Shown in pieces: positions 36,725-47,322 of a stretch of DNA of 64,000 nucleotides (positions are counted from its first letter, which is position 1; every line of letters starts with the position of its first letter). Below the pieces are notes generated by a model that ran no database searches, was not told where the DNA came from, and saw only the letters and a program-made list of their open reading frames with translations. The position numbers and the translations under genes are program-made. Origin of the DNA: an uncultured Peptococcaceae bacterium (GTDB lineage: Bacteria > Bacillota > Dehalobacteriia > UBA4068); contig CAYJPF010000002.1 in the NCBI GenBank assembly GCA_964372025.1, positions 9,999-73,998 on the forward strand, read 5' to 3'.

Positions 36725-38755
36725 TTAATGTACCCAATGGTCACTAATATTAGCCGACGCATCAAGGGGCACATGTCTGCAAAAAACCTTTCCTGAATTT
36801 CTCATACACTCGATTATTTTGTCTGCTACAACTTGCGCTAAGTGTTCGGGACATTCAACGTTTATTTCATCGTGCACCGGTACAGTATACTTAACAATAA
36901 ATTGTAGAGAATTATCTAATATTCATTTATAGAATGCAATTGAAGCCCTTTTAAAACATACTGCACCTCTCCCTTGTATCCTATAATTAATAGATTGCTT
37001 TTCTAATTCGGAGCGACGTTTAAAATACTGTTTGGCTACTTGTATTTCGTAAGTATATTCCTCGGCTGCTTTAGCTGCCTTATACTTATCCCAAAATCCA
37101 GGGGTATTCATTGTTCGTTTATAATTTTGTAATTCCTCAAAATCATACACAAAGGTTTTATGTCCATATTCTGGGCTATGCTCAATATAACCAAGTTCCA
37201 TTACTTCTTTTCTGCACTGTTTTTGGTAATTAGCCACCCCTTTAAATTTATTTAAATAACTATTGTAAGTCTCTTTAGCTTTGATAGGGTCATAGCCATA
37301 GGTTGTGACCAAAGTCATATCATTGCCGCCATAATTAAATAAAAATTCTGGACCCTTAGCCGCATTACGAAGATGTGGATAAAGTTTTTTAATATCCTTG
37401 ACCTCCACTGATTCTAATTCATCTGGATAAATAGCTTTTGCTACTAGGGAGTGCATATCCCCTGATCCATGTAAAAATTCCTCAATCATTTCGGAGTCAT
37501 TTGCCACATTTGCTATCAAAACAGACTCTTGTCCACAATAATCTACTGATACCCAAGAATTCCCTCCTTCGGAAATGAAGCAGCTCCTAGTTGCGGCATC
37601 GCTTGGGATATTCTGAAGATTGGGAATGGAATATCCCGTATCTTTATCTTTGCCTCCACCACTAGATAGTCTGCTTGTATCCATTAGCTGTGTAAAATTA
37701 GTGTGAATACGTCTAGACACAGGATTGATCGCATCTATAAAGTTTTGGCCATAAGTATTACAAACTTTTTCCCACTTTTTGTAAGTAAGGTACAAAGGAG
37801 CTACTGGAGATAACTCTTTTTGTGGCTTAATAACCTTAGCATCAACAGACTTTTTAAGTTGCTTAGTCTTTTTATCTAGAACGGATAAATTAAAACCAAG
37901 ATATTCAAATAAAGGTATAACTTGTTTAGAGCTTCCCCAATTAATTAAACATTCTGCTTCTTTAATATGAGTATCAAATAAAGACTGTTGAACGCACTTA
38001 TTTACAAACTTACTCTCACTTGAAAGCTCCGAAATAACCCAATTATTCAAGGCTTTCTCTGCATTAGTAAATTCTAAATAGTCCTCGAACATCTTAGCCT
38101 TTCACTTATTTACATCGAGTTTTACTCCACAATATTCAATATATGCCAACACTGCTACAAACTTATTCTCTAAACACACCGCATTAAAAAGCCGTTTCTT
38201 CATTACTTCTTTATGCTGTGCATGCATAATAGGAACCAAGTATTTAACATCTTCACAAGCATACACTAAGCCTTGAGTAGTTATTCCGCCAGTTTTAAAT
38301 TGTTCTCGAATACTCTTATTCAATTTAATTTTTAGATATTGCATACATATAGCATCTAAACTCAGCTTTTTAAGTCCTGGAGGGTATCCCAAATACAGCA
38401 GTTTTTCAACTAAATAGGTATCCCATACATACTTAACTGTAATTTTATGATGTAATAACCATTTCAAATCAAATTTAGCATTTTGCAATACCCATGTATA
38501 TCTGTCGTCTTCTAAGAATGGTTTAAGAAGATTAATATCTATGGTAGAGTCTAATACATATTGATTATATTCATCCCCAAATTGAATTAATAATAATCTT
38601 TTTGTGTATGGATCCAATCCACTTGTCTCAGTGTCTAAGCCAATATACTCATGATTAGCAAAATAAGTAAACATGTCTTGTAATGTACATCTAGTGGAAA
38701 TAGTATTATCTTCTTCAATAAGTAATTGCGGACAATTGGATATATAGTATCTCAT
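36725..38755 (-). CDS. polA: family A DNA polymerase (3'-5' exo + polymerase domains), ~676 aa, read through two in-frame TGA codons
   Basis: Exo I IGLDTETSGL, Exo II QNAKFDLKWL and Exo III YACEDVKYL, then TGA (38102-38104). Next come motif A VSVDYCGQESVL, motif B LRNAAKGPEFLFNYGG and IQGRGAV, then TGA (36923-36925). Motif C VPVHDEINVE follows, and the C-terminus …NLVDHWVH ends at TAA 36725-36727. The second TGA aligns with the Trp of E. coli Pol I …AVDAWLQ. Confidence 0.85.
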
Positions 38756-39033
38756 TATATCACTAAATAATACTGGCCATTATCAATATCTGATATGATT
38801 TTTTGCACCATAAAAGTACATAATCTCCCTTCTTCATCTTTGCATTTTATTCCTTCTCCCTCAAAAAAATAAGGAGCAGAATCTATAGAAAGGCCTAGTG
38901 CCCCATCAAACCTAATGTGGGAAGAAACTTTTTTAGTTACAGTTGCTTTTAAGACTTTTATAGTACTGGGATGTGTTAATGGAAGCAGTTCTTTTAATAT
39001 AATTTTAAATTTTTTACCATAATTATACTTCAT
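38755..39033 (-). CDS. hypothetical protein (92 aa)
   Basis: ORF with a TAA stop. Its start overlaps the upstream stop. Confidence 0.45.
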   Translation of the reverse strand: MKYNYGKKFKIILKELLPLTHPSTIKVLKATVTKKVSSHIRFDGALGLSIDSAPYFFEGEGIKCKDEEGRLCTFMVQKIISDIDNGQYYLVI

Positions 39034-39481
39034 GATAAATCTTTTTAGTTTTAAAATCCAATACCATTGAATTTTTTTCTAGGAATGGTGCTCCTAGAAT
39101 TCCTTGGACGATAAATCCATATTTATTAGTATACTGTTGGACATTAGACATACTTGATACTTTAAAAGTTTCTCTAAAAGATTTCCCAAATAATCTAATA
39201 GAAGCCCTAATTTGTGTAGCCACCACAGCGCCTTCTCCACATGTTACCAATGTGTCTGCTGCAGAATCTTCTATATAACTACCGTTAGACAAAGACTCTT
39301 TAAAAGTTTCATCTATAACATTTATAGTGGCGCCAGTATCAACTAAGAAATATACTCATTTATGATCTATCTTTATTTTGATAAAGGGCGCCCCTGATTT
39401 GAGGCGCTCTTTAAACGATATTGATCGTTTTTTAATAAGTTTTTCGCATAATTTATTTTTTAGGTTTATAAAATAATTCAT
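39023..39481 (-). CDS. retropepsin-like aspartic protease (~152 aa; one in-frame TGA at 39356)
   Basis: Extending the track ORF 39023-39292 upstream in frame gives MNYFIN…HK[TGA]VYFLVDTGATINVIDE…GFIVQGILGAPFLEKNSMVLDF. The DTGA active-site motif and the ILG…FL flap/dimer motif resemble HIV PR and Ddi1-like proteases. Start is ATG 39479-39481. Confidence 0.55.
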
Positions 39482-39490
39482 TACATTTAA

Positions 39491-42400
39491 TTATTGCAAC
39501 AATAATGTTGCACATAAAGAAGTTCCACAAGATTTACAAATCTTACAGCCTCCTTCCGAATGTAGTTTTTCACCACATTCTGGACAAGTAGCATGAGTTT
39601 CTTTCTCATACTTAGATAGTATTCTACAAATAGCGGAGGTAAAAGAAGTTACTAATGGATTAATTTTCTCATTAGTTTTAATAATTTCTTTTACGGGTGC
39701 GCCATGGCGTAATAGCATAGAAGTTAGTATAGAACTCATTCGCTCCTCATTCAATTCATTTGCCAATTGCAAATTAGGGATGACTAAGCCTGATTCTCCA
39801 ATAAATTTATAATGTCCTTTCTTTAACTTAATTACTTTCCCCGGACCCTCTGCAATAGGGTCTTCTCCTAATTTAAACGCAAATGTTTCGTATGGACGCC
39901 CTGCGTACAATCCCACAACTAATGCATAAGGGACTTTTTTAATAGACACTAAATGCAAATTGGCTTGTAATTCTTTAGGACGTTTTGGCGGCAATGACTC
40001 TTTAAAATCAGCGGGCTTATCTTCTTTAGTGACTAAGATTCCTGACCGCGACCCTTCTCTGTACACAGTAACCCCCTTTAGATTATGCTCCCAAGCCTTC
40101 ATATAAATAGTACTAATCTCCTCTACAGTAGTGCTTTCCGGTAAATTTATAGTACTGGAGATACTATGTGTTGTTCCCGATTGAACCGCTGATTGGGAGA
40201 TAATTCTATCAATAGGACGTATCTCTGGAGCAGTATTACCATAATAAACACTTTCTTTTACTATTTCATCTAATTCTTTAGTGGCCATCGAAGATAATTG
40301 AGCATACGCCTCTGCAATTGATAATTGTCGCTTAACTGCGTACTCTTTAATAACTCCCGGATGGATGACATTAAATTCTACAAAGGGTTCTCCATTAGGA
40401 TCTATATATGTAGGAATATCATCTGAACTAGCACGCTTTCGTCTAGTGTAATATAAGGAAAATACGGGTTCTATACCCGAAGAACATTGGGCGAGCAAAC
40501 TAATTGTTCCTGTTGGAGCTACTGTAGAAAAACTAATATTACGACGGGCTGAATCTACTGACCCCGGGCTTGTCCCAGTTATTAGACTGATGTGTCCTCG
40601 ATTTTCGTAATCAGGGTTGAACGCGGGAAATACTCCTCGCTCTTTACCTAATTTTTTAGATTCTTCGTACTCTGCCTTAAACTTATTTGTAGAAATTTCG
40701 TCCATTAGCATAACAGCTACTTCTGAACCATATTTTATACCTAATTGAGCAAACATATCTGCCCATCCTGTAGTACCTATACCACATCTACGCCCTTGTT
40801 GCGCAGTTTTCCGTACCTTTATCCATAGTTCGTGCTCTTTAGTCTTCTCCTCCACATTGGCGATAATAGTATCAATCGCTTCTATCTCAAGATCTATAAA
40901 ATTATCAGCTAATCGCATAGCTTTTGCACACAGAGCCATAAACTTCGTCATATTAAAAGATGCTTCCGAAGTATATGGAGCACTTACGCAATTACTTAGA
41001 TTAATATGTAATAATCTACATGCATCGTAAGGAGATAAGGGAATTTCTCCGCAATTATGCGCCACCATATTATTTACAATTAAACAATTGGTTCCCGGTA
41101 CTTGAATATCATATACATCGGTTTGTTCACCTTCCTCGATAGCAACTATTGCATTTTCAAATCTATTTTTAAATTTAGTAGCTAGATGCTCTGGAAGAGA
41201 ACTTGTATTTTTCCATGCAGGGGGATTGCCATTCGGAATAAATTTACCCTGCTCATCTCTACATTGATGTGTTTGAGGATTTTGAGTAGTAGCCGTAACA
41301 TAAGAATGTTCAGAGTGAGAAATACTTGAAAGGTTATTTATATTATTATTAAAAGTATCTCCATCTAAATGGTGTATATCCATATTAATAATATTTCCAT
41401 GAACTGCTTCGTACACTAACCTATGCTCCATCACATACTCTCTGTTCCCCTCAGTAGTTAATTTCACTCCTGCATAACGTCTTCCTCTACGACTGCGTAA
41501 AATATGAGCAATCCTATCACCTAATACTAAATTTCTAGCTTCGATAAATCCTTTGTTATGCACATACATTTTATGATCAGGAGTAACAGTAATACTCTCT
41601 CCTGTTCGTAATGTGATTTTTAAAGTTTTAGCATTCTTTTTAGTTAAAAATGCAGCGGAGGATTTTACTACGCATAATTTATTATTAGCATCCATGCTAT
41701 ACACATACGTAGGTTTTGTAATGTCAGCTATTCTTATCCTGCCCTCCACTGTCTCTACCAATGAGTCCGGGTGAAAGCAGGGATTAGTCGAGATCGGCCT
41801 AAATTCGGGATAGTTCCCATCCAAAGAATTTTCTAAAATAGTGTTCCAAAATAAAATCCCGGGCTCTGCGGAAGCATGTGCTGCTTGCATCATCTTATTC
41901 CAGATTTCTTGGGGATTTACTTTTTTAATATAAAAATGAGTAGAGGTGTTCGGTTGAATTAGCTCTACCCCCTCTTTATAATACTCATCGTACAATTTTT
42001 TTAGTTGTTCTTGGTCATACGTAGACGTAGTAGGAAATTTGAGATAATACTCAGTATTACCGTATTTAACAGCTTCCATAAATTCGTCAGACACCTTTAC
42101 TGAAATATTTGCACCAGTTATCTTAGATAAATCTTGTTTACTTAGGATAAACTCTAATATATCAGGATGATTGCCGTCCATAGTAATCATCAATGCTCCT
42201 CTACGTCCGTCTTGCGCAACTTCTTTTGTGCATGCAGAATCTACTTCCATGAATGAAGTAGCTCCAGAAGAAGTTTTTGCCACATTATTAACTTTTGAGC
42301 CCCTTGGGCGAAGGTGAGAAATATCTTTTCCAACGCCACCGCGTCGCTTCATAAGCTGTATTTGCTCTTCTCTACTACGCATGATTGCCTCGTAAGAATC

Positions 42401-42694
42401 CTTATTATCGCCAATTACAAAGCAGTTGCTCAACGATCCTATATGCTCAGTATTTCCTATTCCGGCTAATCCAGATCCTCCCGGAATAATATATTTAAAA
42501 TCTTTTAAAAGATTATAGATATCTTCCTCTGATAACTCGGGAGATGGATAAGATTGCTCAATTCTAGCGAATTCTTTTGCAATCCTTTTGTGCATATCAT
42601 CTGGAGTAATATCCGTAGATAATGCGTATTTTTCTGACCACACCTTAGCAGCCATTTCGTCGCCATGAAAATAAGACAATAATTTAGAATTCAT
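39491..42694 (-). CDS. nrdJ: class II (B12-dependent) ribonucleotide reductase NrdJ, interrupted by an intein
   Basis: MNSKLLSYFHGDEMAAKVW start. The extein motif STNPC|GEIPLSPYDACRLLHINL is split by the intein. There is a C-terminal Cys-rich Zn-ribbon. No TGA occurs in ~1067 codons. The track start at 42793 adds a spurious 33 aa. Confidence 0.85.
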   Translation of the reverse strand: MNSKLLSYFHGDEMAAKVWSEKYALSTDITPDDMHKRIAKEFARIEQSYPSPELSEEDIYNLLKDFKYIIPGGSGLAGIGNTEHIGSLSNCFVIGDNKDSYEAIMRSREEQIQLMKRRGGVGKDISHLRPRGSKVNNVAKTSSGATSFMEVDSACTKEVAQDGRRGALMITMDGNHPDILEFILSKQDLSKITGANISVKVSDEFMEAVKYGNTEYYLKFPTTSTYDQEQLKKLYDEYYKEGVELIQPNTSTHFYIKKVNPQEIWNKMMQAAHASAEPGILFWNTILENSLDGNYPEFRPISTNPCFHPDSLVETVEGRIRIADITKPTYVYSMDANNKLCVVKSSAAFLTKKNAKTLKITLRTGESITVTPDHKMYVHNKGFIEARNLVLGDRIAHILRSRRGRRYAGVKLTTEGNREYVMEHRLVYEAVHGNIINMDIHHLDGDTFNNNINNLSSISHSEHSYVTATTQNPQTHQCRDEQGKFIPNGNPPAWKNTSSLPEHLATKFKNRFENAIVAIEEGEQTDVYDIQVPGTNCLIVNNMVAHNCGEIPLSPYDACRLLHINLSNCVSAPYTSEASFNMTKFMALCAKAMRLADNFIDLEIEAIDTIIANVEEKTKEHELWIKVRKTAQQGRRCGIGTTGWADMFAQLGIKYGSEVAVMLMDEISTNKFKAEYEESKKLGKERGVFPAFNPDYENRGHISLITGTSPGSVDSARRNISFSTVAPTGTISLLAQCSSGIEPVFSLYYTRRKRASSDDIPTYIDPNGEPFVEFNVIHPGVIKEYAVKRQLSIAEAYAQLSSMATKELDEIVKESVYYGNTAPEIRPIDRIISQSAVQSGTTHSISSTINLPESTTVEEISTIYMKAWEHNLKGVTVYREGSRSGILVTKEDKPADFKESLPPKRPKELQANLHLVSIKKVPYALVVGLYAGRPYETFAFKLGEDPIAEGPGKVIKLKKGHYKFIGESGLVIPNLQLANELNEERMSSILTSMLLRHGAPVKEIIKTNEKINPLVTSFTSAICRILSKYEKETHATCPECGEKLHSEGGCKICKSCGTSLCATLLLQ
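41054..41779 (-). mobile_element. intein (242 aa) with an HNH endonuclease domain, inserted at the RNR catalytic NPC|GEI site
   Basis: Begins with Cys (CFHPDSLVETVEG…) and ends …NNMVAHN, followed by the +1 Cys. The internal HNH motif is HHLDGDTFNNNINNL…SHSEH. Confidence 0.8.
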
Positions 42695-43739
42695 GTAGTA
42701 ACTTTTTAATGTCGATCTCTCGCTCCCCTTTACAAGTAAACGTAGTTCGAGAGTAGGTAAATATGTCATTATCAAAATGCCATTTAGCATCATCTAATAA
42801 CATCTTTCAGTCTTTAAATCCGTGCTCTAAAAGCATTTGTTCGTTAGGATCAGTTATATTAAGCCCGTCTATTTGTAATGGATATTTCCATATAATAGGA
42901 GTTCTTGTAAATTTATTAATTACAATAAATTTAAATGGCAAAATAGTAAAATCTTTGTAATACTCATCACTAGAAAGTATATGTGCTAATATATATGTAT
43001 ACATATTCGCCTGAATATAATAATTCCAATGTAACACAGAGTCTTCAAATTTTTCCTCGGCCTTTCCAGTAGTCTTTAGATCAATAGGCTGAACAGTTTT
43101 GTTGTAATGATCCACAATAATTCTATCGAACATACATCTAATTAATGTCCCGTTATAATCTAGACTAAATTTTAACTGATTTAATCCTTCGGAATCATCG
43201 TCCAACTCGGTGAAATATTTTTTAGTAAACTCCGAATTAAATAATGTTTCAACGCAGGCTTTTGCTACGTCAAACTCTTCTTTAGAAATTAGCGTCTTAT
43301 CTTTAGTTTGTTGAAGTAGGTGGAAATAATGACTATGCTCAGCTAATTTTGATAACTTAGTAGCGTCTCTTCATGTAGGGCCATAATTAAATTCTACGCA
43401 TGCTTCCAGCTTAATTTCGTCTGGTAAAAATGTAAAAGATTTTACATCTGAGTACAAGGTAAATAAGTATTGTATGATTTTAGAAATTGCTGGAGGAGGC
43501 ATTACAAAAGATTGTATAAAAAATCTTTCGTCCAATAGCTCTGGCTCTGTCACTAGGCAATCTACTAAGGACCCAAATCTAAGTGCGTCCGACTCTTCTA
43601 TTTTAGAAGAAATAAGGCATTTTGGAGTGCCCTCCCTTAGAAAAGAGGACAACGTAGAATAAGAAAATCCTCCTAACTGCCTATATTCTGATTCCGTAAT
43701 AGGTAGACTAATCTTCTGTAGTGACTTCTTCATAACCAT
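42684..43739 (-). CDS. PD-(D/E)XK family nuclease (RecB/YqaJ-like exonuclease), ~351 aa, TGA at 43371 and 42807
   Basis: Track ORFs 43371-43739 and 42807-43205 are in one frame and joined across TGA. The motifs are …GSLVDC… and PIDLKTTGK, the D…(D/E)xK pattern. Ends at TAA 42684-42686, overlapping the RNR start. Confidence 0.55.
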
Positions 43740-44409
43740 TCAATTGTAAATAATCCAAAAGGGTTGTTTTTGCTATAGTTAGGAGTCTAAATTCTTCTAA
43801 CATATTATTCTTAATACCTTCTTCTACATCAGCTTGTATCGCTTGCTCCAATTTAAGTAGAGCAGCAGTATATATCTCTAAAATTTTTTCTAATTCCCTG
43901 TTATCCCACCATTCTAAAAACTTTTTATAGTCTTTTTCTGAAAATAATGAGCGAATAGAATCTAATATTTGGATTTTATACTTCATATTATTTAAAATAA
44001 TAACAGATTGTTGCACCTGTTTAACAGTATGGGGCTCGAAAAATAAATACTTAATCCCCATAGATTCTAGATGATGTAAAAATAACTTCCTTTTTACGGG
44101 ATATACATCATTAGCTTTTCCCTTAACTTCAAAAATAATTAATCATTCCCCTAAGTAAAAAGTAAAATCAGGAGTATAGGTCATACTTCTAATATTTACT
44201 ATAGGGGAAATTATTTTAGTTTTATTGTTGGGAATAAATGCATACCCTCTACCTAAAAAAAATTTAGGTAAGAGGGTAGCCTTATACTGTTCATAAAGAG
44301 GGGTGAATCCCGCTTCTAATAATAATCTATAGCACGTAGCTTCTAGCTTACTTTTGAAAATTATATTATTATACTGGGTGCTCGTGGCATTTTTTACTTT
44401 TTTATTCAT
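43708..44409 (-). CDS. DUF1064/VRR-NUC-like PD-(D/E)XK endonuclease (putative resolvase-type), TGA at 44143
   Basis: Track ORFs 44143-44409 and 43708-44061 share a frame and are joined by TGA. Motifs: FKSKLEATCYRLLLEAGF…YTPDFTFY…IFEVKG. TAG stop. Confidence 0.5.
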
Positions 44410-45874
44410 TAATTAATAAATTGTGTAGAAAAGTGATTTTACTATCCTCTTCTTGATCGATTCTTCCCCAAGTATCATTGTATTCGCATTCAGAATACCT
44501 ACGCATAAATTTACGCAAAATACAGTAAGAAATCATTTTTTCGGCTAAATCTTTTGAATACACTTTATTAAAAATGTATTCTAATATTCCGCCAGAAGAT
44601 GCTTTTGAGACAAGTGTGGCGATAGAATCTGTAGTAGTGCTAGCATATTTTAAAATAGCGTTACACAAGAACATCCAATACACGATCTTCTGATAATTAG
44701 TAGATGGTCCGTGAATTCTAAATTCTACTGTCTTGCCCGCGGGCTTAAACATTAGGTTTAATAGGTTTGCCCACATATACCGATACTCCATATTCCATTT
44801 CTGGCGGTCATTAGGATCGCCTGGATGAGCTTTTGTTAAGTCATCCTCGAAATTTAATGCTCCTCCTGAATAGTTTTTATACAGTTGTTCAAAGGAGGAG
44901 AATTTAGGCAATGGATTTGTGTAATTTTTTCTCTTAGCCTTATATTCAGCAGTTCTTGTAGCGAGTCGCGGCAAAATATCGAAAACACTAGATTGTATAT
45001 TATATAAAATATTATATAATTTAAAAATCTTAGTTTTGTCAATAGGAAATCCTCCCAAATGAACGTGAACAGAGCATTCTTTGTTGAATCGAGTTTTTTC
45101 GGATAATACTCGAAGTTGTTCATGGAGAAGTTTAAAGCCTTCTTCTCCAGCCATGGGTACAGTTGCATACTCAATTCCTTCTATAGACCCATCTCGTAAA
45201 GGAATCAGTCCTAATTCAAAACATTGTTGTTCTGGGATCACTCCCGCACAAGTCTCAAATTCAAGGCCAAAAGTAAATTCCCCAAATTCTGCTACTTCAG
45301 AACTATTAAGGGCTAGGTCTGGATAAACTTTGGGAAAATCCATAAACGCCTTTAGATGAGGGCCGCTAGAATACATTTGCTCTATTGAATAATTGTATTT
45401 TCCCGGCTTGATGAAGGACTCTTGAAGAGCCATAAAATGGGCATCCTCTTTAGGAATATTAGCACATTGTCTCCAAATGCGCTCATCTGGAAATTCTACC
45501 AAGTCTGGAATCATTTCTAAGACTTTTGCATTTGGAACGAATGTATTAATTTCGTATGTTCCTAGATAATAATTTAGATGCACTCTGATGGGGGAGTGGT
45601 CCTGTACCGCAAATCTTCCGTAGACATAAGAGCCTTCCTTCATTCCTATAATTCCGAAAACCAATTGTTTACTACCACGGAGTTTATAACTAGAATCAAC
45701 GTCGTCGAAAAAAATTCGTCTATCCCCCTTAACATACCAGTCTTTTTCTACAAGTACTGCGTCTACTTCTTTTAGGAAATAGGCTCCATTAATGAGTACA
45801 CAATCAATGGCTGGAGCAATGACTCCTGTATTTGTAATAATTGTTTTAATTTTTTGCATCATGTTCACTCTCAT
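44402..45874 (-). CDS. glutamine-synthetase-fold carboxylate-amine ligase (Amidoligase_2-like), 490 aa
   Basis: Motifs FGLEFE…(E-rich)…SVHVHLGG, typical of the amidoligase/GCS2 family. No TGA. Confidence 0.5.
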   Translation of the reverse strand: MRVNMMQKIKTIITNTGVIAPAIDCVLINGAYFLKEVDAVLVEKDWYVKGDRRIFFDDVDSSYKLRGSKQLVFGIIGMKEGSYVYGRFAVQDHSPIRVHLNYYLGTYEINTFVPNAKVLEMIPDLVEFPDERIWRQCANIPKEDAHFMALQESFIKPGKYNYSIEQMYSSGPHLKAFMDFPKVYPDLALNSSEVAEFGEFTFGLEFETCAGVIPEQQCFELGLIPLRDGSIEGIEYATVPMAGEEGFKLLHEQLRVLSEKTRFNKECSVHVHLGGFPIDKTKIFKLYNILYNIQSSVFDILPRLATRTAEYKAKRKNYTNPLPKFSSFEQLYKNYSGGALNFEDDLTKAHPGDPNDRQKWNMEYRYMWANLLNLMFKPAGKTVEFRIHGPSTNYQKIVYWMFLCNAILKYASTTTDSIATLVSKASSGGILEYIFNKVYSKDLAEKMISYCILRKFMRRYSECEYNDTWGRIDQEEDSKITFLHNLLINE

Positions 45875-47321
45875 TTGATATTAACCATTCAATAATACCC
45901 TTAGCAGTCAATTCTAATTCTTCCTTTGTTACCGCTACCGACTCTGACGCAACTGCCTGCTGGGTTTTTTCACATCTTGAGCATACAGAATCTTCTGTGT
46001 AAGTAGTAGGTTTTCCGTCTCTAATTTTGTAATATCTATTTTTAGTGTAAAAATAAACGTGTAGTACACCAGATCCTGGCTCTCCCTCCCCATTTTCCCA
46101 CAATTTAGTAAGTTCATTATAATATAAATCTTCACTTAGGCAGCGGATAGCTTTCCATAATGGGAATGTGGGATATGAAGATTCAATTACTTGCTCTATT
46201 GCACAAAGTAAGTTATAAGAATATTCATCAGTCAGTCGATGCCCCTTAAAGAAGAAGAAGGGCTTTGCCTCACTAGTTTTAGTTTGCGGAGAGTATCCAT
46301 AAGGAGTAATGAAATGTCTTCCAGACAGCCATTCTCCCATCATTTTATACTTACCGCCCTCCATCACAACTTTTCGAGAGGTAGCTCCATGAGATTGATC
46401 CGAGAGGGGAGTTAATACTGTAATGGCTCCATAAGTAACAGTTGATTTGTAGGAAGACTGTTTAGAATAGTTAGAAGTAGGATAATCATCATAATCAGAA
46501 TATCCATAATTGCCACCATAATTTGATCTATAGGGCGTTACTGCAGCACTTTTATGTTGATGGTTTTCAGAACGATCGTATACCACTGTCTTAGGATTTT
46601 CCCAAGTTTTACAATAGGAAAATAAAGTATTATGCTCTATATCAATTAGATCTTTAGAACTAAGTTGAATGAGTCCTAAGGACTCCTTAATAGAAGAAAA
46701 CCAAAATCCATTAGGAGTATTCACCATATAAAGAGGGCGTTCTTCCGTAGTCACTGTGGATGATTGATAAGATTTAGATTTTCCCTTAAATATAGAAATT
46801 ATTGGGGAAACTTGTCTATAATCTACAAAAACAAATGCTCCGGCTCCTTGATACTCTGTGAGCACATCAAAGCCTTGATAATATACAACATGTGCAAAAA
46901 TCTGAGAGTCTGTAAAGTCTGCAGGAACATTACGTAGGTACTTTTCACTCAATTCCGTGTAATTTACCAACGTACCGTTATGAATCATTACAAACTCTAC
47001 TTTGCCCTCTGCGTTAGTGATTACCACTGGCTGAGCTTGGTCCACAGTTAATTTCCCTACAGAAGCTTTTCTACAATGCCCTAATGCGACTTGCACTGTA
47101 GAGTCGTTAATATTTCTTACAAAAGAAGACGTCTCTGTGGTAACAAAATCTGCAAAAAGTTTAGTTGCCCCAATACCGTATTCATAATTTCCGTCGATGA
47201 ATGCTCCCGCACTGTCTCCACCACGTTTGTCATTGATAGATCCTAGTACTGCGTACTTTACTTTAGAAAAATCACTTTTTCTTGAAGGCGAGGTTTGGAT
47301 GTATCCAAAAATTCCACACAT
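45846..47321 (-). CDS. class II glutamine amidotransferase (Ntn hydrolase, N-terminal Cys) fused to an unknown C-terminal domain
   Basis: Starts MCGIFGY with the catalytic Cys2, which is the classic GATase type 2 pattern. The remaining ~240 aa are unassigned and carry a CSRCEK Cys pair. Confidence 0.7.
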   Translation of the reverse strand: MCGIFGYIQTSPSRKSDFSKVKYAVLGSINDKRGGDSAGAFIDGNYEYGIGATKLFADFVTTETSSFVRNINDSTVQVALGHCRKASVGKLTVDQAQPVVITNAEGKVEFVMIHNGTLVNYTELSEKYLRNVPADFTDSQIFAHVVYYQGFDVLTEYQGAGAFVFVDYRQVSPIISIFKGKSKSYQSSTVTTEERPLYMVNTPNGFWFSSIKESLGLIQLSSKDLIDIEHNTLFSYCKTWENPKTVVYDRSENHQHKSAAVTPYRSNYGGNYGYSDYDDYPTSNYSKQSSYKSTVTYGAITVLTPLSDQSHGATSRKVVMEGGKYKMMGEWLSGRHFITPYGYSPQTKTSEAKPFFFFKGHRLTDEYSYNLLCAIEQVIESSYPTFPLWKAIRCLSEDLYYNELTKLWENGEGEPGSGVLHVYFYTKNRYYKIRDGKPTTYTEDSVCSRCEKTQQAVASESVAVTKEELELTAKGIIEWLISNESEHDAKN

Positions 47322-47322
47322 A

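Noticed and set aside
42695-42793. 33-aa N-terminal extension of the RNR ORF (MMLNGILIMTYLPTLELRLL…).
   Set aside because: It overlaps the TGA-read-through end of the upstream nuclease gene. Canonical RNR N-termini start at MNSKLLSYFHGDEMAAKVW (ATG 42692-42694).
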